Assembly (NCBI GenBank): GCA_034670305.1
Contig: JAXMNT010000026.1
Coordinates: forward strand, 1 to 64,000
Direction of reading: 5' to 3'
Source: Deltaproteobacteria bacterium
GTDB lineage: Bacteria; Myxococcota_A; Polyangia; Polyangiales; Houyiibacteriaceae
DNA length: 64,000 bases
Below are positions 56,507 through 64,000 of the stretch, in pieces. The notes beneath the pieces were generated by a model. It did not search any database. It had not been told where the DNA came from and worked only from the letters and a program-made list of their open reading frames with translations. Position 1 is the stretch's first letter. The number at the start of each line of letters is the position of its first letter. The translations under genes were made by a program, and so were the position numbers.

Positions 56507-58297
56507 TCAGGCGGCTTCTTGGTCGTCGTCGGACGAGGTGTCCGGAGGCGTGGTGTCGTTGCCGGCGGTGAGTTTCGCGGTGGCGGCGGAGGCGAGCGCC
56601 GAAGCACCCGCGCCCACCTTGCTCAGCACCCCGAGCGTGGTGTCGTCGGCCGCTTCGATGAAGCCGCCCACCGTGCGCGCCAGACTCTGGCCACGCACCA
56701 CCGACTCGAGGATCTTCGTCACGTCTTCCGGCGTGCCGTAGAGCGTCGCTTCCATCTTCTGGAAGAGCTTGGCGCTGGCTTCCGCCATGGCGATCTGCAC
56801 TTCCTTCTCGGCGGTGACCCGCAGCTTCGCGATCTCGAAGTCCTGCGCGACCTTGCCGTGCTCTTCCCGGGCCTCCAGCTCTGGCTTGACGACCGTCTCG
56901 ACGCGCTCGCGGTCCACTTCGACCTGCGCACGCTCCACCTCGACGGGCACCATGGCCTTCGCCTTCTCGCCGTCGGCCTTCTGCCGCTCGGCTTCCGCTT
57001 CCGCTTCGGCCCGCATCCGGATCGCTTCCGCTTCCGCGTTGGCGGCCTGGCGCATGGCTTCGGCTTGCTTCTGCTTGGCGTAGGCGGCCGCATCGGCCTT
57101 GCGCATCTCCGAGACGTACGCGGTCTCCGCTTGGGCCTGGGCTTCGATGACCGACTTCACGCGGGCGCGCTCGGCCTCCTCTTTCACCCGGACGGTCTCC
57201 ACCTTCTGGCGCGCGGTCTCCCGCTCCACTTCCGCATCGGCGAGGGCGCTCTCGGCGGCCGCACGAAGCGTCTCGGCTTCGGCGATCTTCCGGTCCTTCT
57301 CCCGCTCCGCGATCTGCGTAGCGCTCTGTTGCTCCCGGGCCGCGACTTCCAAGGCTTGGATCTTCCCGATCTCCGCCAGGTCGAGCTGCCTCTGCACGGC
57401 GATGCCCTTTTCGCGGGCTTCGAGCGTGCTCTGTTGTTCGGTCTTCTCGATCGCGGCCCGTTGACGGGCGCCCGCCTCTTTCTCTTGCCGCTCGAGTTCG
57501 AGCAGCTCCTGGGTGGTCACGACGTCCTGCTCCGCGCGGGCCCGCTCGCCTTCACGGACGAGGCGGTTGCGCTCGGTCAGGTTCTGCTGCGTGATCTCCG
57601 CGATCTTGCGGCGGCCTTGTGCGTCGAAGATGTTCGAGTCCTTGAGGAACTTCTCGTCCGTCTGGTCGAGGCGCGAGATGGTCACCGTCTCGAGAATCAG
57701 ACCGTTCGAGAGAAGATCGCCGGCGACGAACTTCATCACCTCCGCCAAGAAGTCGTCCCGCTCGCTGTTGAGCTGCTCGAGCGTCTTGCTCGCAGCGGCC
57801 GTGCGCAGCGCGCTGACCAACTTGTCCTCTACGAGACCCCGCACCGCTTGCGGGTCGCCCATGAGCTCCCCGAGGCTGCGCGACGCTTGGAGAATGCTCT
57901 CCCGCTCCGGCTGCACCCGCACGAAGAACTCCGCGTGCACATCGGCGCGCAGCTTGTCCTTGGTGATGAGCGCGTCCTGGTTGTCGCGCGTGACCTGCAG
58001 TTTCAGGGTCTGCAGACTGACCCGCAGAAGTTCATGCATGAAGGGGACGACGATCGCGCCTCCGTCTTGAATGACCTTCACCCCGCCCGCGCCAGTCCGC
58101 ACGAACGCTTCCGACGCCTTGGTGCGTTCGTAGAGTCGTGTGAAGAGCGTGAGCACGCCGCTGAGCACCACGCTCAGCCCTCCGACGATCATCATGATCG
58201 CGATGAGCCCGCCGCTGAGCGGGTGCCCGAGGGCCTCCGCTGCGAAGGGTCCGGCGAGCAGAAGCGCGCCGAAGAGGAAGAGGGTACCGATGGCCAT
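56507..58297 (-). CDS. flotillin/SPFH family protein (YqiK-like)
   Basis: SD AAAGGAG; N-terminal TMs, AFVRTG.GG, ALITKD.LRADV.AEF, FDAQGR, long AEA coiled coil. Confidence 0.9.
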   Translation of the reverse strand: MAIGTLFLFGALLLAGPFAAEALGHPLSGGLIAIMMIVGGLSVVLSGVLTLFTRLYERTKASEAFVRTGAGGVKVIQDGGAIVVPFMHELLRVSLQTLKLQVTRDNQDALITKDKLRADVHAEFFVRVQPERESILQASRSLGELMGDPQAVRGLVEDKLVSALRTAAASKTLEQLNSERDDFLAEVMKFVAGDLLSNGLILETVTISRLDQTDEKFLKDSNIFDAQGRRKIAEITQQNLTERNRLVREGERARAEQDVVTTQELLELERQEKEAGARQRAAIEKTEQQSTLEAREKGIAVQRQLDLAEIGKIQALEVAAREQQSATQIAEREKDRKIAEAETLRAAAESALADAEVERETARQKVETVRVKEEAERARVKSVIEAQAQAETAYVSEMRKADAAAYAKQKQAEAMRQAANAEAEAIRMRAEAEAEAERQKADGEKAKAMVPVEVERAQVEVDRERVETVVKPELEAREEHGKVAQDFEIAKLRVTAEKEVQIAMAEASAKLFQKMEATLYGTPEDVTKILESVVRGQSLARTVGGFIEAADDTTLGVLSKVGAGASALASAATAKLTAGNDTTPPDTSSDDDQEAA

Positions 58298-58455
58298 GTT
58301 GGTCTCCTTTCTGGGGACATTCGAGAACAGTCGGGCGATGCAGCCGGCCAAAGCCGCACCGCCCGGATGACCCGAGACGAACTCGGATCAACATCGGGGT
58401 CAGGTCAGGTCAGACAGAGGTCCCTGCGTCGCGAACGGCGCGGAACCAGAAGAGG

Positions 58456-59064
58456 TCATGCCTCGAGGCGGCTCACTGCGCGCGACTCGGGGCTCAGCGG
58501 GACGACCACATAGAGGCCGGAGTCGTCGTCGTAGTCGACGACCACCAAGCGCTCGCCCTTGTCGAGCGGTGCGTCTGCGCGGCATTGGATCTCGTGGAGC
58601 GTGCCGGCGTCGTCGTGGATCTGCGCCGCGCCGGAGTCTCCGCCGACCCGCATGCGCGCGACGCCGGCGCAGCCGACCAGTTGGTCCCGCGAGAGGGAGT
58701 AGCTCTCGCTGGTGGGCATCACGCGCCCAAGCAGCTGCCCGACGACGCCGGACAGGAGCGGCGCCACCGCGAGGGCGACGAACGCGGCCACGGTGACGCC
58801 GAGACTCGGCTTGAGGATCATGCCGAGGGCGCCGAACGAGAGCAGGCCCGCGCTGAGGATGGCGGACACCGGAGCCCGGCCGACCCCGAACCAGGAGAGC
58901 AGCGAGAGCCAGCCCCCGCCCCCGTTCCCCTCCCCGTCCGCATCGGCGTCGACGTCCACGTCGACGTCCACATCGACGTCGACGTCCACATCGCCGCCGC
59001 CCAGCACCGTGCCGATGCCCAGCACCAGGGCGAGAAGGATGGGAATGGCGAAGAGGAGGTTCAT
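58456..59064 (-). CDS. NfeD/YqiJ-like OB-fold membrane protein
   Basis: TM, (DV)n acidic loop, GVGRAP, LVG..G, D..G..H, LVVVDYD; directly upstream of flotillin. Confidence 0.8.
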   Translation of the reverse strand: MNLLFAIPILLALVLGIGTVLGGGDVDVDVDVDVDVDVDADADGEGNGGGGWLSLLSWFGVGRAPVSAILSAGLLSFGALGMILKPSLGVTVAAFVALAVAPLLSGVVGQLLGRVMPTSESYSLSRDQLVGCAGVARMRVGGDSGAAQIHDDAGTLHEIQCRADAPLDKGERLVVVDYDDDSGLYVVVPLSPESRAVSRLEA

Positions 59065-59187
59065 GATGGGTAGCCTCTGAGCACGAACGATGCCGCGTCC
59101 GCGATCTCGATTTGTCCCGCAGATTCACGATTAGACACTCGACTGCTAGGTGCGGTTTTCATCACACATATGAAAATCGCCCGGAGA

Positions 59188-59216
59188 TTGACGCCGGGCC
59201 GTGGTCGGTCGACGAT
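59188..59216 (+). promoter_or_regulatory. putative sigma70-type promoter
   Basis: TTGACG-N17-GACGAT, 7 nt before GTG 59224. Confidence 0.4.
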
Positions 59217-59223
59217 GCGCGCC

Positions 59224-59730
59224 GTGCCCGACACCCCAACCGAACCCGCACCCCACGGGGGCGCGCCTGCGACTGCGACCGACCACACGGAAGCCCCGCG
59301 CGGATCGGTCCTCAAACGCACGAACCGGCTGATCCTCGCGATCGTGGCGTTTCAGCTGCTCGTCCCGCTGACCTACTACATGCGCGACGACCCGTACGAC
59401 GAGCGGTTCGCTTGGCGCATGTTCTCGGCCGTCCGCTTGCACAACTGCCAGACCGAAGCGGTGGATCGCCGAGACGAAGGTGAAGCGCCGATCGCGCTCA
59501 CGAGCGTGATTCACCGCGCGTGGGTCAACCACCTGGGGCGCAATCGGGCCGAGGTCGTGCACGCGTTTCTGCGGCACCGGTGCGAGGTCGACGGAGTCGA
59601 TTCGGTGCAGGTGGTCAATCGGTGCGTGACACCCGACGGCACCGCGCTGCGGCCACAGGTGTACGTGCGCGAATGCGCCTCCGGTGAAGTGCAAGAGCCC
59701 GACGCGCTCATCGTGGAGGCCACGCGATGA
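59224..59730 (+). CDS. small membrane protein resembling the C-terminal half of VKGC-like HTTM proteins
   Basis: FQLLVPL..Y......ERFAWRMFS; ATGA overlap with the HTTM gene; start 59215 or 59224. Confidence 0.6.
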   Translation: MPDTPTEPAPHGGAPATATDHTEAPRGSVLKRTNRLILAIVAFQLLVPLTYYMRDDPYDERFAWRMFSAVRLHNCQTEAVDRRDEGEAPIALTSVIHRAWVNHLGRNRAEVVHAFLRHRCEVDGVDSVQVVNRCVTPDGTALRPQVYVRECASGEVQEPDALIVEATR

Positions 59731-61565
59731 GCAAGAAGCGGAAGAAGAAGAAAAAGAAGAAGCAGTCGTCCATTCCGGCTGCGTCTTCCACGAAGCGCAG
59801 CGAACCGGCCATCGGCGAAGCCTTTCGGCCCAAGCAGCCCGATCACGCACCGGCCGCGCCGCGGGTGAAACGACGCGCTCCCCGACAGGGTTGGGGCGGC
59901 TTCTGGTACGGCCCGGTCGATCCGGTCCGGCCGTGGCTGCTCTCGCGCCTGCTGCTGATGATGGTGGCGTTCGACTGTTGGCTCGATCTCGTACCGCACG
60001 GTGGCCGGTACGGGTTCAACGACTTCAACGTCGCGCACTTCCGGATCCTCGACGCCCTGCAGCCGGTGCCGAGCAGCGGGTTCTACGTCGGGACCATTCT
60101 GCTGACCGGCTTCGCGGCGTTCGTGATGGCGCTGTCCAAACCCAACCGCCTGGGTCTCGCGGCGGTGTTCGGGCTCTACACCTACGCGTGGATGATGAGC
60201 ATGCTGGACAGCTACCAGCACCACTACCTCATCTCGCTGTTGCTCTTCGCGCTCATCTTCTTTCCGCGAGTCGCGGCGGCCGATGTCTTTCCGCGCTCCA
60301 AGGGGCGCACGCCCCCGAGCGCGGTGATCGGCGGCGCGCTCTTCGGGTACGGCGTCTACGAAACGGTGGTCGGGGTGTGCGGCGGCCCGACGCCGCTTGG
60401 GCTCTTCGGACCCGGCGCCGCGGTGGGCACCCCGGCGTGGATCTGGATGGTGCGGGTTGCGATGGCACTCGGCGGCGGCCTGCTCGCGTTTCTTCCCGAG
60501 AAGAAACCCGACGTGCTCGACCCGAAGAAGCTGAAAGCGACCGCACCGAAACGGAAGTTCCCCGAGATCAGCGCGTGGGGCTACGTCCTGCTCGGCGTGA
60601 CCTGCGCGATCGTCTACTTCTACACCGCGGTCGGCAAACTCAGCCCAGACTGGCGCGATGGACACGCGCTCCAGCGCCTCGGCCGCAGCGAACACCTCAG
60701 CGCACTCTTGAACACCGCGACCACCGAGGGCCTCCCCCTCTTCGGGGTGATGGAACCGGCGTCGTTCTGGAAGTGGATGGCGGCCGGCGCGATCTTGGTC
60801 CAGTTCGTCACCTGCGCCGGCTACATCGCGGGGTCCCGCTACGAGGTCCTGCCGCGCTGGGGCCGGTGGGCACTGGCCGTCGCACTCGGCGCACCGATCT
60901 CGTTTCACATCGGCGCCGAGCTCGGTCTGAGCCTCGACATCGGCTGGTTCAGTTTCTACATGATCCTCGTCCCGCTCGTGTTCTTCCTCCCCGCGGTGGT
61001 GCTGCGTCGGGTGAGCGAAGGCGCAGCGCTCGCCTCGGGGTGGGTCCAGTCGAAGTGGCCCGCCTCCCTTCCGACGAGCACGACCGCGATGGTGACCGCG
61101 GTGGCCGGCATCGGCGTGGCGCTCTTCGTCGGCATGCGGATCGACCTGCCGGGCGCCCACATGGCGCTGACGATCGGCGCGATGTGCGTCGCGGCCGCGG
61201 CCATCAACGGCGTGCGTCTGAGGCGCGCACCCGAGGCGCTCTCGTGGGCGGCGGGCAGCGTGCTCGCGCTCATCTTCTGTTGGGGGTCGATCGCCCAGAG
61301 CGAAGCGCGTTTCGACTTCTACCGATTCGTCGGCGGCGAGTACCGCCGCCACGGCGAACCCGAGCGCGCGCTCGACGCCTACGTGAAAGCGAACCGGTAC
61401 GTCGTCTCGCCGTGGTGTCTCTACCGCGGGCGCGATCTGGTCGAGTGTTACCGGGACGAGACGTACGCGGGTGAGGTCGCCGCAGGGCTCGAGGGCGTGC
61501 GGGTGGAGCGGCGCGATCGCCAGCGTCAGGAAGACGAGATGCGCGCGCTCGTCGGTGCCGAGTGA
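59727..61565 (+). CDS. HTTM-domain (vitamin K-dependent gamma-carboxylase-like) membrane protein
   Basis: FWYGPV, YQHHYL, VYFYTAVGKLSPDWRDG, FH, IGWFSFYM; C-terminal TPR-like helix. Confidence 0.8.
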   Translation: MSKKRKKKKKKKQSSIPAASSTKRSEPAIGEAFRPKQPDHAPAAPRVKRRAPRQGWGGFWYGPVDPVRPWLLSRLLLMMVAFDCWLDLVPHGGRYGFNDFNVAHFRILDALQPVPSSGFYVGTILLTGFAAFVMALSKPNRLGLAAVFGLYTYAWMMSMLDSYQHHYLISLLLFALIFFPRVAAADVFPRSKGRTPPSAVIGGALFGYGVYETVVGVCGGPTPLGLFGPGAAVGTPAWIWMVRVAMALGGGLLAFLPEKKPDVLDPKKLKATAPKRKFPEISAWGYVLLGVTCAIVYFYTAVGKLSPDWRDGHALQRLGRSEHLSALLNTATTEGLPLFGVMEPASFWKWMAAGAILVQFVTCAGYIAGSRYEVLPRWGRWALAVALGAPISFHIGAELGLSLDIGWFSFYMILVPLVFFLPAVVLRRVSEGAALASGWVQSKWPASLPTSTTAMVTAVAGIGVALFVGMRIDLPGAHMALTIGAMCVAAAAINGVRLRRAPEALSWAAGSVLALIFCWGSIAQSEARFDFYRFVGGEYRRHGEPERALDAYVKANRYVVSPWCLYRGRDLVECYRDETYAGEVAAGLEGVRVERRDRQRQEDEMRALVGAE

Positions 61566-62788
61566 CGCCGGGGACGCCGAGTGGGGTCGCGCTCGTCGGG
61601 GATCAATGGATCCTGCCAGGCATCGCCACCGCGCACTCGCACGCGTTCCAACGGGCGCTGCGAGGTCGTACGCAATCGGTGAACGCGTCGGCGACCCGCG
61701 ACTTCTGGTCGTGGCGGGGATTGATGTACCAGCTCGCTGGGCGGCTCGATCCGGACTCGATCTACGACTTGAGCCGGTTCGCGTTCGCGGAACTCGCCCG
61801 CCACGGCGTCACCGCGGTCGGTGAGTTCCACTACGTGCAGCACGACCCGAAGGGCCAGCCCTACGCCGACCGCATCGCGATGGCGGACGCGGTGGTTCGG
61901 GCGGCGCGGGACGTCGGGTTGCGGATCACCTTGCTGCGCGTGCTCTATCAACGCGGCGGGTTCGGACGCGGCCTCGACGAGGTCCAGCGGCGGTTCTCGG
62001 ATCCGGAGGTCGGGCACGCGCTCGCCGACGCCGACGCGATCGCGGCCCGGTTCGAGTCGGACGAAGGTGTGCGGGTCGGGCTCGCCCCCCACAGCGTCCG
62101 AGCGGCGGGTTCGGAATGGCTCGAGGCCGCGCGCGATCACTGCGAAGCGCGTGGATGGCCGCTGCACATGCACGTGTCGGAGCAGCCGCGGGAGAACCAG
62201 GAGTGTCTTGCCGAGCATGGGCTGACGCCGGTCGGTCTGCTCGAGCGACTCGGTCTGCTCTCGGAACGGTTCGTCGCTGTCCACGCCACCCACCTGCGCC
62301 GGAGCGACGTCGCATCCCTGGCCTCGAGCGGTGCGACGGCGTGCATCTGCCGAACGACCGAGCGCGACCTCGGAGACGGAGCGCCGGATCTGTCGGCGCT
62401 GGTGCGCGCTGGGGTGAAGCTCAGCGTGGGCGTCGACAGCCACGCGCAGAGCGATCCCTTCGAGGAGCTTCGCGCGGTCGAGCTCGACGAACGCACCCGA
62501 CTCGGACAGCGGCAGGTGGCCCTGGATGGCCCCGCGTTGCTGGAGGCGGGGTCGACGTCCGGGTACGCCTGCATCGGCCAGGCCCTCCAGGGCGACCGGA
62601 TCTGGCTCGACGCCAACGACTTCTCGCTCGGGGGCGATGCCGGCGTGGATGGCATCGTGTTTGGAGCGAACGGGCGCGCCGTGCAGCGAAGCCGGGTGCT
62701 CGGCGCAGACGTCGTGATGGACGGCCGGGTGCCCCACCAAGACGCGATCACCGCCGCCTTTCGATCCGCGGTCGCGCGGCTCTCGTAG
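61562..62788 (+). CDS. hutF: formimidoylglutamate deiminase
   Basis: HSHAFQRALRG, DFWSWR..MY, VGEFHY, APHSVRA, HVSEQ.RE, VHATH, TTERDLGDG, GVDSH. Confidence 0.85.
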   Translation: MTPGTPSGVALVGDQWILPGIATAHSHAFQRALRGRTQSVNASATRDFWSWRGLMYQLAGRLDPDSIYDLSRFAFAELARHGVTAVGEFHYVQHDPKGQPYADRIAMADAVVRAARDVGLRITLLRVLYQRGGFGRGLDEVQRRFSDPEVGHALADADAIAARFESDEGVRVGLAPHSVRAAGSEWLEAARDHCEARGWPLHMHVSEQPRENQECLAEHGLTPVGLLERLGLLSERFVAVHATHLRRSDVASLASSGATACICRTTERDLGDGAPDLSALVRAGVKLSVGVDSHAQSDPFEELRAVELDERTRLGQRQVALDGPALLEAGSTSGYACIGQALQGDRIWLDANDFSLGGDAGVDGIVFGANGRAVQRSRVLGADVVMDGRVPHQDAITAAFRSAVARLS

Positions 62789-62826
62789 GATCTGAAACGC
62801 GCGGCGCCGTCGCACGTAGACTCTTC

Positions 62827-63522
62827 ATGGTGGACTCGAAGCAACGCGACACTCGGCGAACCTTCATCCGGCGGGCCGCCGCAGGCACCGCGATCGCGGC
62901 GCTGGGTGGTTGGTACATGCTGGACGACGAGCTCACCGCAGAGGCGCGTGCGCAGGTCCGGCCGGATGGACGGCCGCGGCTGCCGCCTGGGCAGCGGGTC
63001 CTCTCCGAGCTGCGGGAGATGGGCGGCCAGATGGGTTCGGCGTCGCTCTCGGAGCTGCGGATCCGGGTGCATGGAGAAGTCGAGGCGCCGCTCCTCCTCA
63101 CGTTCCGGGAGCTGCTCGAGTTGCCGCAGACCGAGCGCGCGCTCGACGTGCACTGTGTGACCGGCTGGAGCGTGCTGGGAGCCCGGTTCGAAGGGGTCAC
63201 CCTGACGGAGTTGGCCCGGCGGGTCCGGGTGAAGTCCTCGGCGCGGCATGTCGTGTTTGAAGCCGCGCATGGCTACACCGCCAATGTGCCGCTCCGAGAG
63301 GCGATGCGGGACGAGGTGATGGTCGCGCACCGAATCGGCGGCCGGCGCTTGCCCCGCGCGAACGGTGGGCCGGTGCGCGGGGTGGTGCCGAACCTGTACT
63401 TCTGGAAGAGCGCGAAGTGGCTGACCGGCATCCGGTTCTCGCGCCGCGATGTCCCCGGCTACTGGGAGGTGCGCGGCTACCACAACGTCGGCGACCCGTG
63501 GCGCGAGCAACGCTACGGATGA
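62827..63522 (+). CDS. Tat-signal molybdopterin-dependent oxidoreductase (sulfite oxidase/MsrP-like)
   Basis: TRRTFI, RLPPGQ, DVHCVTGWS, GYTAN, GGPVR, YFWKSAKW, GYWEVRGYH. Confidence 0.85.
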   Translation: MVDSKQRDTRRTFIRRAAAGTAIAALGGWYMLDDELTAEARAQVRPDGRPRLPPGQRVLSELREMGGQMGSASLSELRIRVHGEVEAPLLLTFRELLELPQTERALDVHCVTGWSVLGARFEGVTLTELARRVRVKSSARHVVFEAAHGYTANVPLREAMRDEVMVAHRIGGRRLPRANGGPVRGVVPNLYFWKSAKWLTGIRFSRRDVPGYWEVRGYHNVGDPWREQRYG

Positions 63523-64000
63523 CGGGGCGGGACAACCTGGACTCCGCCGCTCGGCAAGACGGCCCCGAAGACGGTTCGCTTCCCCCAGACGGCGCAACCG
63601 ATGAAGGCAGCTCCGAGAAGTCGGCCGCGAAGAAACGGGGCGCCGCGCTTCGCCGAACCTTGCGCGCGCTCCACCGGGACGCGGGCTACCTCGTCGTCGG
63701 CCTGACGTTCGTCTACGCGCTCAGCGGCATCGCCGTGAACCACGTCGAGGACTGGGACCCGAGCTTCGCGCATTTCGAACACACCCATCAGGTCACCCTG
63801 CCAGCGGGCGCGGACCAGGACGCGACCGTGGCCGCAGTGCTCAGCGCCCTCGAGATCGAGGAGATCCCGGTCGAGGTCTACGAAGCATCAGAGACCGAGC
63901 TCGACGTGGTCCTCGACCGCCGGACGTTGCACGTGGATCTGCGGAGCGGCGAAGTCTTCGAAGAAGGCCAAGAGCCCCGCTTCCTGCTGAGGGCCGCCAA
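63519..64000 (+). CDS. PepSY-associated TM helix protein (runs off the window end; absent from the ORF track)
   Basis: manual translation from ATG 63519: LRALHRDAGYLVVGLTFVYALSGIAVNH; ATGA overlap with the Mo-enzyme stop. Confidence 0.8.
   Translation, partial: MTGRDNLDSAARQDGPEDGSLPPDGATDEGSSEKSAAKKRGAALRRTLRALHRDAGYLVVGLTFVYALSGIAVNHVEDWDPSFAHFEHTHQVTLPAGADQDATVAAVLSALEIEEIPVEVYEASETELDVVLDRRTLHVDLRSGEVFEEGQEPRFLLRAA

Noticed and set aside
1-64000. tRNA, rRNA, IS, integrase, prophage or known defence genes
   Set aside because: None recognised by eye; tRNAscan-SE, Infernal, ISEScan and DefenseFinder would be needed to exclude them formally

Overview
High-GC (about 70% by eye), gene-dense chromosomal window from a myxobacterium (Myxococcota, probably Polyangia/Sandaracinaceae-like). 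The taxon call rests on two MYXO-CTERM proteins, many lipoproteins with DGG/DAG linkers, MopE-type metal-binding repeats, a DUF1592/DUF1552 pair and lipoprotein amylases. About 50 CDSs are supportable, including galE-like epimerase, plant-type nadA, tpx, ruvAB (no ruvC), two histidine kinases, DUF3336-patatin lipase, EphD-like hydrolase-SDR, arsM, xdhAB, a Ser/Thr pseudokinase, two GH13 amylases, DUF368, flotillin/NfeD-like pair, HTTM, hutF and a MsrP-like Mo enzyme with a PepSY-TM partner. I saw no rRNA, tRNA, CRISPR, transposase or integrase. The most unusual signals are non-coding. (1) A family of composite hexamer tandem arrays (GCCGAN/GCGGAA/GGGCAM) occurs in eight intergenic gaps, mostly right after stop codons. 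(2) A stand-alone four-helix-bundle (bAvd/IVS-like) gene is packaged with a long structured leader, a downstream hairpin and one such array. (3) A 279-bp structured element is flanked by 32-bp direct repeats. Other notable items: a secreted protein with five C-x7[10 protein letters not shown] repeats, a split and permuted VKGC-like HTTM pair, an M23-MYXO-CTERM enzyme coupled to a lipoprotein, and a recurring leaderless-promoter architecture. All family calls come from motif recognition by eye; no database searches were run.
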